Shown: one piece after another, positions 27,250 to 40,762 of the stretch
Numbering within the stretch: position 1 is the first letter of the stretch
Layout: each line of letters opens with the position of its first letter
DNA from: Octopus sinensis
Lineage: Eukaryota
Direction of reading: 5' to 3'
Length of the DNA: 64,000 bases
Assembly: GCF_006345805.1 (NCBI RefSeq)
Contig: NC_042999.1
Span: 174,158,001-174,222,000 of the forward strand
Made by a program: the position numbers and the translations under genes
The notes under the pieces: model-generated
The model's database searches: none
What the model was told of the DNA's origin: nothing
Seen by the model: only the letters and a program-made list of their open reading frames with translations

Positions 27250-28430
27250 TATTTTTATTTTAGTCACAAGGCCACAAATTTAATTGGAGGGGCGTAACCA
27301 ATTATACCGATTATGCTTAACTGGGGTTTATTTTATCTGCCTTGGTAGGATAAAAGTCTAAGTTTATTTTGGCGGCGTTTGAACTTCTTACGTAAACGGA
27401 CGTAATTGTCACAAGATATTTCATCCAATGTTCTACCGATTCTGCTAATCCACTTCCATATTATTATTAATAATATTAGTTTCTAACCTGTGGACAATAC
27501 TACACACCTGGCGTTGATGCAGCATTGTCGATTAATCGATCCCATTAATAGAATTGAAATTATTAAAGATGAAAGGCAATGTCTACACCCCTATAGGATT
27601 TGAACTCAGCGTATTATGATACGTAATTAATTATCAAATGGTATTTTCTGACTATCTATCCGATTTTCTAACCCACTGCATTTCTGTCGTTATTAATCAA
27701 TTAATCGATTCTACTGATTTGTATTTGTTTTATGAAGGATGAAAGGCAATGTCAACATCCCAATGAGATTTGAACCCAGGATATAAAGACAGATAATTGA
27801 ATGCCAAAAGGCATTTTCTGACAATCTATCAATTCTTCTAAATCCAGAGTTTGTCTGGTGTGAAAATACTCTGTGCTCTTACGGCGACGGACGAATAGAA
27901 CTGTTATTACTGCGTTACTTCACTCTGTTTCAAATCCACCTAGATCGACTTCGTTCATCCTTCTGATAATAACTGGTTTCAACTTTTGGCACAGGCCAGC
28001 AATTTAACAGGTGGAGATAAGTCGATTACATCGACTCCCCATTCCCACCCAGTGTTCAACTTGTACTTATTTTATCGGCCCCGAAAGGGTGACAAGCAAG
28101 GTTGACCCTGACGCTATTTTAACTCGAACATGAAAACGGTCGACATGCCGCAAAGTATTTTGATCGCCGTGCTAACGATTCTGCTAGCTCGCATCCCTCG
28201 CTAGCAATAATCCTTTCTACTATAGAGTCAAGGCCTAAACATCTGGAGGAGGGGACCAGTCGATTACATCAACCCCAGTAATCGACTTGTACTTATTTTA
28301 TCGACCCCGAAAGGATGGCAAACAAAGTCGACTTCGGCGGCATTTGAAATCAGAACGTAAAGACGGACGAAATGCCGCTAAGCATTTTGCCCAGCATGCT
28401 AACGATTCTAACAGCTCGCGGCCTTCACTC
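27250..28430. mobile_element. Cluster of at least five old SINE family 1-related fragments, mostly minus strand
   Basis: Recurrent GATGAAAGGCAA, GGATTTGAACTCAG, GTCGATTACATC and TGCTAACGATTCT motifs. Confidence 0.7.
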
Positions 28431-29318
28431 TGCTGATAATAATAAAATAAAGGACCAGTCAAGTAAAGAAGCCGATTTAATCAATTTTGCTCACCACCAA
28501 AAATATGTTCGACCTTGTACCTATGTTAGAATTCAATATTAAGTGATTTTTTTTCTCTTTTTGTATTAGCCTCATATTTTATTATTCCTTAGTAACGCTG
28601 TGTCGCCTTGCCAATCAATTCTTTAATGAGATATTACTGTTCTTTTCCTAAAGTGAAGAATATTTTGCTGAGTATTCCTCATCGCAGGACCCTTGCCAGA
28701 AGACAGCCTCAGTAGAATTATCATCTCAACGTTTGGAGTATTTCGAGCTAGCCGGGCGTGAAATGAATTTCTCATGTCACTATCTCCAAGAGTGCCAAAA
28801 GTGAACTGTGCTGGAAATTAAGACGAATAAAAATTCTTATGATAGGAAATGGAAAATATGAAATGAAGAAAAGAAGAACTAAGCAAGAAAAGATGAACAT
28901 AATACTAACATACACCCGTATACACACACATATATTAACGTATTTTTAACCATTATGTGTATGTATATACATACATATGTGTGTGTTGTTTTCCGTGTAG
29001 CCTGAGAGAGTATGAGAGAAAGAGAGAAAATAAGTTGCATATGCTACATTATAATAAGCTTAAATGAAATGCATAAATACAAATATTGTAAAATAGATGT
29101 TAGAATAAAATTATAATCAAGAATGCATTACGTTTGCCAACGTAAAAAGCAATGGAAAAATCTGCATCAGCTACACATTAATGAAAATGCAAAATGCAGT
29201 GAAACGAAGCAGTGAATTTAAAGAGCTTTAACAGGTATTTCGACGAAAGTATTCAAAAGCCCAAGGAAAGTTGAAATAGTTTAGATGTTTATAATCAAAT
29301 TCTGTGCATTGATAATGG

Positions 29319-29367
<49 letters not shown>

Positions 29368-30055
29368 TGTGTGTGTGTGAAAAGAACAAGTCCGTTTTTT
29401 GTTTCCATTTTAAATTATCATATTCTATATGCAAAGATATATTCGTTGAAGCATTTTAATATTATACATATATATATATAATATATATCGTTTTGTTTCG
29501 TTTGCTTTTGTTTTGTTTAATTTATTTTATTTATCATTTTTTTGTCTTTGGTACATGTCTTATGTTTGCAAGCGGGAACACACAAATACATATAATATAC
29601 ATGTACCTAAATATATGAATAAAATGTTATATAGCGCGCGCACACACGCAGGCACACACACGTAGAGTGTGTATGTATACGTAGATATGCACCTGCGTGC
29701 ACATACTTTTAATTCTTAACTTTTAATCCATAACTGTGAACCCAACAAAATATACTCTTGTATTCATTTTTTGTTTTTGTTTTTGAATTGAAAAAGGTAT
29801 TGTCAGAAGGACTTAGAGGCTTTAACTTTGTTTGTGAAGAGCTTTTTAGAAGAAAAAGTTAGGCTTTTCTAAATTTGATCTTCCCGATAAGGTGAAAGAA
29901 GTCTTACTGAGAACATATCAGTTCGCTGTTAGGAAAATATATGTTGTTGGCTTCACGATTAGTGGTGAAATGTACTGAAACTCAGACTTCTAAATTGGAT
30001 TTCTTTATCCTAATTGGTCTTATCTTGTTCCTAAATACTTGTCGCCCCTAGAGGT

Positions 30056-30122
<67 letters not shown>

Positions 30123-30127
30123 GAGAG

Positions 30128-30205
<78 letters not shown>

Positions 30206-30580
30206 GAAGAGTAACTGAATGCATAAATGGTAGGCGGGATGTACACAGTGTTAAGTATGGTGGAGTTGAAGCAGAATTTCTACACGCTAATGGTGATGGT
30301 TAGGTATAACTGGTCATTGAAGTTTTGTTAGTTTCAGTACTATGAGATATCCACAATGCGAATGGAAGTAGATTGATAATGGGAGTGAAAGAGATGAGAA
30401 TGGACATCTTGGCAAAGTTTGGGAAAAGAGGAGGGAGAGTGGAGGTTTGTGGTGGTAAAGGAATAGTTGCAAGAGGGGAGGAAGTTTGTGGGAGTTGATT
30501 ACAGGTAAAGGGCAATAGTAGGTATCTAAACAGACACACGCGCGCACACATACACACACACACACATTGAAATACACATA

Positions 30581-30842
30581 CAGCAATCCCTTGACTATCG
30601 CGGATGTTACGTTCAAAAACTCTCCCGCGATAGGTGAAACAGTACTATACTGTATATTTTAAAATTATTTTTATAATTTGTTCATATATATTTTATTATA
30701 AAGGCAAAACAGCAACACGGAGGAATCAACGTAAGCTTAAATAGTAAACCGTGATAGGTGAACCGCAATAGGTGAACTGCGATAGGTGAACCACGATAGG
30801 TGAACCGCGATAGGTGAACTGCAATACGGCGAGAGATTACTG
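30581..30842. mobile_element. Tigger/pogo-like MITE with an internal 14-bp tandem repeat
   Basis: Imperfect TIRs CAGCAATCCCTTGACTATCGCGG / CTGCAATACGGCGAGAGATTACTG after TA. About 5.5 copies of CCGCGATAGGTGAA at 30749-30826. Confidence 0.7.
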
Positions 30843-30906
30843 TCTATGCATTAATACATGAAAACACATGTCTAGCTGTCTGGCTGTATGTATGTATGTA
30901 TGTATG

Positions 30907-30940
<34 letters not shown>

Positions 30941-30948
30941 TGTATGTG

Positions 30949-31488
30949 AATTGTCTACTATATGGTGGTTGTCTACTCCTTATGCAGAGTCTGACCACAT
31001 CTTGCACTTACACCTTAGATCAATCGTGGCGTCTGATGTGGGCTTTTAAACCAAAGTTTTGAAAAGACGTCCACATAAATTACATATCTGTTCTGGACCA
31101 CCAAGAGCTGCAGTTAAGTCCTAATCCTTGTGTATCTTAAAATGTCTTCTGAGGGCTCCGTGAGATTGGCAAACCTTATGACATACATAGCATTGATGGG
31201 TTTGCACAGACAGATAGGCAGAGTAGTTGGTGGAAGTTCGTTTTTCATGAGTCCACAAATGAGAAGGGCATGGTCTGTCACAAACTATGCACACACAACG
31301 GTGGCTAGGATTCATTTTCTCTTTAAGCGTAGCATTTTTCTTTAAATTTCTTTTGAGTTTCGCATGAGTCATCCTGATTTCTTCATAAGCTTTCACTCCA
31401 CTCCACACTTTTGTTCGCCATCCAACTCGATCGGAAGCAAAGGTTTCTATGGCCTTTGGATCCATTCTAAGTGATTTTGTGTTAGTCC
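30949..31488 (-). mobile_element. RTE-clade LINE 3' end with three C2H2-type zinc fingers, 5'-truncated
   Basis: ETFASDRVGWRTKVWSGVKAYEE..R is the typical RTE C-terminal motif, followed by CIVC..H, CYVC-x12-HFKIH and CNLC..HIRRH. (CATA)n tail. Confidence 0.75.
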
Positions 31489-31496
31489 TTATATAC

Positions 31497-31593
<97 letters not shown>

Positions 31594-32099
31594 GTGTACG
31601 TGAGTGCGTGTGTGTGTGTGTAGAAAGAGAGAGAGATGAATAAGAGAAAATTGATTGAACAACATTATTTCAAATCACAATTGTTTCCAGAGATTGACAC
31701 ACCCGCAGTACATTGGTGAGATGATATAAATATATTGCATGATCATTATCATCCACCAAAGGGGTAAAATTTATTTCTTAAGGTGATTATTTTAAATAAA
31801 TCCTTCGTTAGATCGTATACTCATTTCATCTGTACAAGAAGGAATACTCAATGCAGTGTGCTATTTTCAGTAATTTGCAGACAAACTTAAACCTATGGAA
31901 ATAGTGACAGACAAAACAAAAGTATAATCAAATTACAAAATACAGAAACAAAGTATCAGAAACAAAGAAACTCCCGTGTCAAGTTAACTATAAATTATAA
32001 TTCTATCATCATAACCAGATTATTAGGAATCAAAAGAAAAGCAGTATGCATAATGAAAGCATTTGGAAATAATCATTTCTACTAAAGTGACGAATCTTG

Positions 32100-32430
32100 A
32101 AATTTTTATGGAGAGGCAGAGACCAGTAGATTATATCGACCACAGTGTTTCACTCGTACTTAACTTACCGACCCCCGAAAGGATGAAAGGCAAAGTCGAC
32201 CTCGGAGGAATTTGAACTTATATCGTTCAGACGGACGAAATGCTGCTAAGCATATTACCTCTGCATGCTAAGAACTCTGCCTTCTCGCCGCCTTCAAAAG
32301 GATGGAAGGCAAAGTTGATCTAAGTGGGATTTGAACTCAGAATCTAAAGAGCTGGAAGAAATACTATCAAGAGCATTTTTTTTCCAATAACCTAATAATT
32401 CTGTTAGCTCACCACAAGCATTTAGAAATA
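32100..32430 (-). mobile_element. Two adjacent SINE family 1-related copies
   Basis: CCCCGAAAGGATGAAAGGCAAAGTCGACCTCGG..GGAATTTGAAC body, twice, the second more degenerate. Confidence 0.75.
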
Positions 32431-32862
32431 ATAACGTGATAGAGTTATAAGGATTGACCATTTCTGTGCTTGACAACTAGCTACTTTAGAGAAATCTAAA
32501 GTATCTCCTGCCTGTTATAACAAAGCATCTGGTTCCATTCGTCGCCGTAATCTGCCTTTAAACGAAGTTAATATATGGTTGTCTAGCTTTTATATCTTTG
32601 TGTGAAACATTTAGAAAAATAAGTTAGTAGGTAAACTCTCCCCCGCATACATGCATATTCATTCATATACCAACATACAAGGTAGTGTATATAGTATATA
32701 TATATATATATATATTCATACATGCATATATATATTATATATATATATACACACATATCTTTTTATATATGCACGCATATATTTCTTGCATATATACGTA
32801 CTATTTTTACTATTTATATTAATATAATATATGTTGACTTCAAAGTCTAGCCCACGTAGAAG

Positions 32863-32905
<43 letters not shown>

Positions 32906-33454
32906 TACATACATATATATGCTCTTACTATTTTTAAGCAGAAATAAATGCAGCAAAGTATAACAAGATAAAATAAAATAAGCAGATTGCATCAATAGAA
33001 TTTAAAATTTTAATTGTTTTTACTAAACTGCGAAAATGAGCATTTTACTCTGTCGTTAGATTTAGTAACCATTTTGGAGAGCCTATTCACAAGTTCATTT
33101 GAACACATTAAAATGCATAGTGTCGCCTCAAAACAGAGATAACGAGATCTTGAAAATCTATTGTACGTGCATGCATTTTTTATCACCGTTTATATCATGC
33201 TGTATTGTACTTTTCATTCCTTGTTTCCAGAGATCAAGTCAGCGAGAGATGTGTAGTGTCTCTTGATAATGTTTTTAAACGATGCAATGTGATTACAATA
33301 TCGATGTCGCGATCGCACCTATATATACAACTGCTTCTGCTTGCGTTCTAAACTTTACATTCGTATATTACGGTAGTTAATAACTGTGTAGGAGCTTTGC
33401 ATTACATACTATAATGTTCTTACCCAATTTGTATTCAAGTTTTATTATGTTTTT

Positions 33455-33620
33455 GGGGGGGTTTTTTCGATTTCTCTCCGTTTATTCCTCTCTAATCCTT
33501 TCTCTCGAAGAGCGTAGGCTCGAAACGTCAAATACCTTTCCATTCTTCTCGAGCGTTAAACTAACACACCTGCTTGTTGCTGGTTCACCTTCGTCTTCTG
33601 CTTTCTGTAAATTTGAACTG
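33455..33620 (+). mobile_element. Short PLE 3'-end fragment with a mutated class A hammerhead
   Basis: CTCTCGA-A-GAGC-GTAG-GCTC-GAAACGTC has stem II identical to 13743-13779 but a mutated core. Downstream CGAGCG..AAACTAA..CACCTGCTTGTTG is shared. Runs into a (TG)n-type tract. Confidence 0.65.
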
Positions 33621-33771
33621 CGTGTGTGTATGTGAGCGTGTGTATGTGTGTGTGCGTGTGTATGTGTGTGTATATATAAATACATACATGTATGTATGCC
33701 TACATGTATGTATGTATGTATTATATATATGTATATGCATGTACGCATGTAAGTATATATGAGTGTTAATA

Positions 33772-33957
33772 TGCGTGGGGGTGCTGAAAAGTTCCTGGTT
33801 TTAAGGGTATCGCAAAATACCTGGTTGCAGGGCTTAGCATAACTGAAGGAATACTGCAATAAGTGTGTGAATCTGAGAGGGGAATAAAATCACAATTAAC
33901 TCATCCTCCTATATTTTCTTTTACCTAAATCCAGGAACTTTTCAGCACCTACCTCGA
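33772..33957. mobile_element. Mariner-derived MITE (~185 bp)
   Basis: TIRs GGTGCTGAAAAGTTCCTGG / CCAGGAACTTTTCAGCACC. The interior retains the transposase C-terminus YCNKCVNLRGE. Confidence 0.8.
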
Positions 33958-34199
33958 TTGTACCTTGTTTTAATTTTATTTACTCATTATAATATTTTTC
34001 TTAATTTATGTATCTTATATCGTCTGTCACCCATCTCCCTAATTTTACACACCTCGTCTATCCTAACACATATATATTTGTAAATTCCCTTTTCAATGAG
34101 CACTGTACTTTATTGTATCTTTTCGAGCCTTTATGGCCAATACAGGGATGCTTGTTAACAATACTTTACTGTTACACGGTAACGACCGGTTCAATTATG

Positions 34200-34500
34200 C
34201 TTCCCATCAAATCATGATATGTAGTTGCTGTCACTCCTATACATTCCTTGCGTTTGCTCGGGAACTTTCAAAATAATTCTTGCTGAACAATTAAACAGCT
34301 TTTCTGTACTGTACCCACACTTAGATTTATGATCTCCCTTTCCAAGATTTGCTCTCCAATTCTTTTTCACAGTTCCCGTGATCCCAATGATAACTAGCAG
34401 GATCATGGCCTCCTTGACTTTTTATTCCAGCATTTGAGAATTTTATTTTCCAGATCACTATAATACTCGTTTTCCTATTCCGTTTTTCTTGACTCTCTTA
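34200..34500 (-). mobile_element. R4/Dong-clade 3'-end remnant
   Basis: EYYSDLENKILKCW ... LLVIIGITGTVKKN ... SARIILKV, homologous to the peptide end at 6650-6880. Confidence 0.6.
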
Positions 34501-35431
34501 TCAAATGAGCATACCACGTAAATTACAAGTACAGAGGTTGATTTCATTGACTAACTTTCCCCACCACCACCACCGCCACCGCCACCACAACTTTCTTGTC
34601 TTGTGCTTACGTTACAACCTATTGTAATTATTTATATTATACCCTATAGATATTCTTCGTATCTCACTTTTGAGCCTACATCTCACTAGTAATATAAAGA
34701 CCCATTCGCCTCCTTTCAATCTTCCTCTCAATTCCTCTCTTCTTCTTTCTCAAGCCCTGTATTCCTACTCCTCAAGCTTGCGTTTCCATCTTTTAAACGA
34801 CTTACGTATATCGCTTAACGATACGCTTGGCACCCGCTCAACTTTCCACTGTAATCAAATATCTAAAATTGTACCTGTACAAATGTCTCGATTTCTCGCG
34901 TCTTTCACTCAATTTCTTTAATATCAAGTTCCCCACAAACCCTTTTATTATTTCTTCTTCCATTTATTCGTACGCGGGGAAAAGGGAAAATGATTACCAA
35001 GTAATCCTACTCGTCAAAATATTTATTCTCCCACTATGTATTCCTGTACGTTTCTCCACCACCCAACTAATTTCCTTTTCCTCCTCTTTTTCCTCTTCCT
35101 ACTCATACTCTTGTGCTACTGCTTTCTATCTCTTCGTCCTCTCTTTTCGATCTCTTCCACCCCATATCATCTCCTTATTTCCTCCAGTTCTCTCTTAGCC
35201 TGGATTTCGATCTGGGTTCGCTTCGTAACCGCTGTCACCCTTCCCATTATTACTTTCACGTTTCCTTCTATTTTCACATTCTTCTCCCATCTTCATTCTA
35301 TAATCCTTCTTTTTTCTTTCTTCTTCCTCGATTTTTAGTCCACCTTCTCCATCTCTCCCATCTTTGTCTCCTTTCCGTTTTCTTCCTCATCTTGTCTTCC
35401 ACATTTTCCTAGATAAATCGACAGATGAACT

Positions 35432-35550
<119 letters not shown>

Positions 35551-35557
35551 TTGATTG

Positions 35558-35595
<38 letters not shown>

Positions 35596-36576
35596 GATTG
35601 ATTGATTGATTTGGCGCACAAAAATGCTTAATTTTCTTCTTAGAAACAAAGTCGAAACATCTGACTGTGTTATTAGTAGCAATAAACCTAATATATTTAC
35701 TCTGTAACACTGAGTTTTCTTTTTCTTGCGGATTACTACAACCATTCGTTCTGAATTCATGAGCACATGTGTGTATGTGTATGTGTACTTGTATAATACA
35801 TTAGGAATTAGCATGTATGTGCTTAAGTATACTTATGCACATAGGTGTGAACGTGCGTCTTATAGATGAAAAGAACCACGTGTTCCACTGTAATTCCGTT
35901 CTGGATTGAAATTATGTTCCCTTAACGCACGACTATTCCGTTTCTTTTAACACACTAACCTCAACAGGGATTATAAGGCGTTGATCGAGAATCTCTGATT
36001 ACGAGATGTGAAGCAATTTATTTTATTTATCACATTAGTGTAAAGGAGAAGTATTTTTAGAAATCTTGTGTATGTAAGTATATTCCTTTATTATATGTGT
36101 TAATGCGTATATTCTGTTGCATGTTTAATAAAGATATGGCGAATATGGTTTCGTACAGGTGTTCTCTTTTACATATTAAAATTCATCGATTTTCCATTAA
36201 AACTTTTAGTAATGTTGCTATACGTTAAATAGCTTTATTGTTTTTATAGAGATAATGTGAGGCAGTAATGTATAGAGGAACACACACGCGCGTACACGCA
36301 CATGCACATACATACAGATTGCGTATATGTGTGTATTACGTTGTGGTTTACTTGCGTAAGCATTAAAGTATTTCATGCATGATTGTGCTAATATGCGAGG
36401 TGTTTATTATATGTGGGTACTTGGGTAGACAATGGCTTTCATATATTCAGCGTTCATAAGATACACGACAGAAATATATCATGGTTGAAAACTTCAACAT
36501 CCTCTTCTTTGAATCTCCTCATGTCCAGAACAATACACACATACAAAAATACATACCTGTACAATGTTCATATTTA

Positions 36577-36988
36577 GGCGAAGGAGTGGCTGTGTGGTAA
36601 GTAGCTTGCTTACGAACCACATGGTTCCGGGTTCAGTCCCACTGTGTGGCACCTAGAGCAAGTGTCTTCTACTATAGCCTCGAGCCGACCAAAGCCTTGA
36701 GTGGATTTGGTAGACGGAAACTGAAAGAAGCCAGTCGTATATATGTATATATATATGTATGTATGTGTGTATAGGTTCGTGTGTCTGTGTTTGTCCCCCC
36801 AACATCGCTTGACAACCGATGCTGATGTGTTTACGCCCCGTAACTAAGCGGTTCGGCAAAAGAGACCGATAGAATAAGTACTAGGCCTACAAAGAATAAG
36901 TCCTGGGGTCGATTTTCTCGACTAAAGGCCGTGCTCCAGCATGGCCACAGTCAAATGACTGAAACAAGTAAAAGAGTAAAAGAGTAAA
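36577..36988 (+). mobile_element. tRNA-derived SINE family 2, full length
   Basis: GGCGAAGGAGTGGCTGTGTGGTAAG (A-box), GGTTCAGTCCC (B-box), internal (TA/TG)n, (AAAGAGTA)n tail. Confidence 0.9.
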
Positions 36989-37011
36989 TGTGTGTGTATG
37001 GACGTATGTAT

Positions 37012-37074
<63 letters not shown>

Positions 37075-37075
37075 T

Positions 37076-37153
<78 letters not shown>

Positions 37154-38083
37154 TTTTTTCTAGTTTTATTAAAGTTTACCTTGAAAGAGTTCAAGCCAGT
37201 CGCTAACAAAGTGACAAGACTTTTTTTTAGTTAAGAGGGTGCCCGATGTTTGTAAATATGTGATTGAGTTGGTGTGTTGGTTGAGTTGTCGGTGTGTGCA
37301 TCAATTCACATAAGAATCTCAAATGGAGAATTTTTAGAATGTCCTACAAATCTTCACTGTACCACTAATAGATTGGATTTGGAAAATCCGCTTCAGTCTC
37401 TCTTGCTCTTTGTCATGAAACAGACTATTTCTAAGTTTATAAATGTATGTATATATTATGTAAGTGTTGTTTTATGTATGTATGTATGTATGTATGTATG
37501 TATGTATGTATGTATGTATGTATGTATGTATGTATGTATGTATGTATGTATGTATGACGGCTACTCTGCTGAGCAAGATATATTGCACTTTACTTGTCTC
37601 TGGGCTTCTTGGTATTACTAGTGAGAGGCGTGTGTTGTGCAAGCTGCACTCGACTTAAACCCCACGCACGGGCATTGCTAACACTTAACGCTGTCAGTGA
37701 TATCCATACTTGTCTAACGAGTAGATAGCCATCATGTATGTATCTGAAAAACTCTCCTCTTGATTTTGCTATATGACCGCCCAGTTATTCGATCTACTCT
37801 TTGACTAAACGTACCAAGTGGCTGAGTATCCCACAGCTCGCAATGTACATCTGAAGTAGAATCAGTGTGACGTGCCTGTAACTTTTGCATTATAGCTACA
37901 ATCCACTCAATGGGTTATATACAGTTTCCATCATTACAATCAATTTTCACTCTCTAGTTGTGGGTCGACTCGAGAGTAAAAAAGTTACACTTGCCCAAGA
38001 TGCCAAACAATTAGGAGCGAACGCGAGACCTCCGGGTTGCGAGGCGAACTTCTTGGCCGTTTGGTTATGTTTCACCTAGTAAA

Positions 38084-38114
<31 letters not shown>

Positions 38115-38149
38115 CACATCTGTGTATATATATGTCTATATATAAGAGA

Positions 38150-38640
38150 TATATTTCGACCAAAGATTGGTTCAGGTCATGTCGAGCCACCTGATAGGAT
38201 TTGCTAAATCCTTTTTAAGTCAAGTTTTGTGGAACCATGGCCCATTCGTGGAGGGAGTTCTTGTTGAGTGAGTTGTATCCAGGTATAGCTGGCTTATCTG
38301 GTATCACTTGAAGAAATTTGTCCAAATTCAGTTTAAAGGTGATGGAATCCTTTTCCTCTTTGATCTGTTTTAGGATAATGTTAAATAAGGAAGGACCTGT
38401 TGAGGAAAATAAATTGAATTGTAATGTATTAATGTTTGTGATCCTGAATTGAGTAGGGGACGCGTGGTTCTAGTCTTGGATGAATTCTGAAACTAACGCT
38501 GAGGTCGTTTGGGGAGTGCCGGTGGTATATTCTCCATATCGTGTAAATGATGTATCGCTCACGGCGGCGCTGGAGAGAATAGAGTTTCAATGCTTTAAGG
38601 CGGTCCCAATAATTGAGATCCGTCATGCCCTATTTTCTTT
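38150..38640 (-). mobile_element. CR1-clade LINE 3' end, 5'-truncated
   Basis: DLNYWDRLKALKLYSLQRRRERYII ... GPSLFN ... FKLNLDKFLQVIPDKP..PGYNS. Confidence 0.8.
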
Positions 38641-38792
38641 TAGTGAATGCCCTCTGGGGTGACTCAGTTTTCGAAATGGAAAGTAGAAGTATATTCCCAT
38701 ACAGAAAAAAGTACAGGAGAATGTGTTTTAGGGTTTGAAAATGCACCTGAATCTGAAAAACGTGTAGTCGTATTTAAATATTATTTAATTCT

Positions 38793-38921
38793 TTTATTTG
38801 TTCCAGTCATTTGACTGCAACCATGCTGGAGCACCGCCTTTAGTCGAACAAATCGACCCTAGGACTTATTCTTTGTAAGCCTAGTTTTTATTCTATCGGT
38901 CTCTATTGCCGAACTGCTAAG
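38793..38921 (-). mobile_element. SINE family 2, 3' fragment
   Basis: CAGTCATTTGACTGC.ACCATGCTGGAGCACCGCC ... matches the 3' half of 44390-44818. Confidence 0.8.
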
Positions 38922-39010
38922 TATATGTGTGTGTATGTACGTATGTATATATTTACATATATGTATTTATATATACTTATCATATATATGTATAATATAT
39001 ATAGTTATAT

Positions 39011-39052
<42 letters not shown>

Positions 39053-39432
39053 AATGTATAAGTGTGTGGGGGTGCGCGTATGTTTAATACAGCTCATTGA
39101 CTACGAAGTTGAAAGTAATTTTAATGATTTGGTGGCAATATCCAGTCTTCCTAGTAATTTTGTGCTCTCCATGATACGTTGGAGTCACATGTCAACTACT
39201 GCAAGTAACACATCAGGTGCTTCTATTGGAGAATGATCAAACGAACTTTAGATAGGCGCAGCACACCTTTTAATGCCAAAGAACACACTACACTGCAGGT
39301 TTGCTTCTATATGCGAATACATTACAAGCAGATATACATATGCATACACATATACACAAATACAAAGCATATATACATTCATCTATGTGTGTTTACATTT
39401 TGACTTGCATAAATACATATATTCACTCATAC

Positions 39433-39473
<41 letters not shown>

Positions 39474-39474
<1 letters not shown>

Positions 39475-40287
39475 TAGATCTAATCAGTAAGTATCCGGAC
39501 CGTTACCATAGTAACAAAGCTAAAGCACGCAGCGTAAAGCGCTTGGCACAGATTTGAAGGAAGGTGTTTAGCGTGTGATCGTCGTATTGACTATGACAGA
39601 GAAAGTTGTCATGGTGATACTTACTCAGAGGCGTACGCAAAGTTGCAGAAACTGTATGGAGAAGAGCGTATGAGCCGCACTCAAGTGTACGATTGGGTCA
39701 GACATTTCAAAGATGGCCGAAAAATTGCGATATTGACGAACATTCTGAGAAGTGAGAAAACTAGCAGAAGTGAGAAAAACATCGCAGATATGCATGCAGC
39801 TATGAGGGGAAATCCTCGAATCACCATCCGTGAGTTATCAGAGGATGTGCAGATTAGTTAAGGTTCAGTTCAGTCCATTATCACTGAAGATTTGGGTATG
39901 AGACGCATCTCTGCCAAGTTTGTGCCAAAACTACTTTCAGCTGACGAAAAAGACACACGGGTTTCAGTTACACAAGATTGCCTTAATTGTGTCGAGAATG
40001 ACAAAAACTCTTTGAAAACTTTTTCTATGAACAGGTATCGCCAAGCTTTTGGCAAAATTTGATGCAGATTTTCTGCTCAACTTTCTCTGTCATGGTCAAT
40101 GCGACGATCACACGCTATACATCCCCCTCCCAAACACTGCCATAAGCAGCGGAAGAGAGTTAAAACGTTAAAACTTAGTGCGCATGCACAGCAGGGTTCA
40201 AGGTCAATCTGGGTCAAGCAGCTTTACTCTGCATGCTTTAGCTTCGTTACAATGGCAACATTCCGGATATTTATTAATCAGACCACG
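39474..40287 (+). mobile_element. Mariner derivative with long imperfect TIRs; keeps the DNA-binding domain, catalytic domain deleted
   Basis: TA-flanked, with terminal inverted similarity extending to CTATGACAGAGAAAGTTG / CAACTTTCTCTGTCATGG. Internal QKLYGEERMSRTQVYDWVRHFKDGR ... ITIRELSEDVQIS ... GMRRISAKFVPKLLS. Confidence 0.85.
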
Positions 40288-40585
40288 TATATATATATAC
40301 ATACATACATACATACATACATACATACATACATACATACATACATACATACAAACATGTACATTGGCATACATGATGCGTATATATGTTTATATATATA
40401 TATATATATATAGATAAGAAAGTTTGTTTGGTAAAGCACGTGGGTGATATTAGAAAATAGTAAAGTGTGAAAAAACGACAGAAGGCTTAAATGTTAAAAA
40501 ATATATATATTTGTGTCAAAATGTCTGGAGAATATTGGAAAAATTTTTTTCCTTTCCTTAAAATGACATAATTTTAAAATTTTTA

Positions 40586-40625
40586 AAGAAATTACCGGTT
40601 TCGCGTGTAGCTTTTCAAATTTCTT
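40586..40625 (-). ncRNA. Minimal type I hammerhead with U3:A8 core (class B) in the 3' pLTR
   Basis: AAGAAAU-UUGAAAA-GC-UACAC-GC-GAAA-CCGG-UA-AUUUCUU: perfect 7-bp stem I, 2-bp stem II, palindromic ACCGGU, GUA cleavage triplet. Confidence 0.7.
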
Positions 40626-40762
40626 GTGACGTTATGTTTATATTGTATGGAATTATCGTTGTTTTTATTTCCAGGAGATTTCTAAATAAGGGGAGGTAGT
40701 GAGTGATTTTTTCCGGTGTAGGGAGAATAATCGCTTAAAAAATTTTTTTTCCCATTTCCTTG

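Noticed and set aside
30749-30826. CRISPR-like regular repeats
   Set aside because: Contiguous 14-bp units with no spacers, in eukaryotic MITE context.
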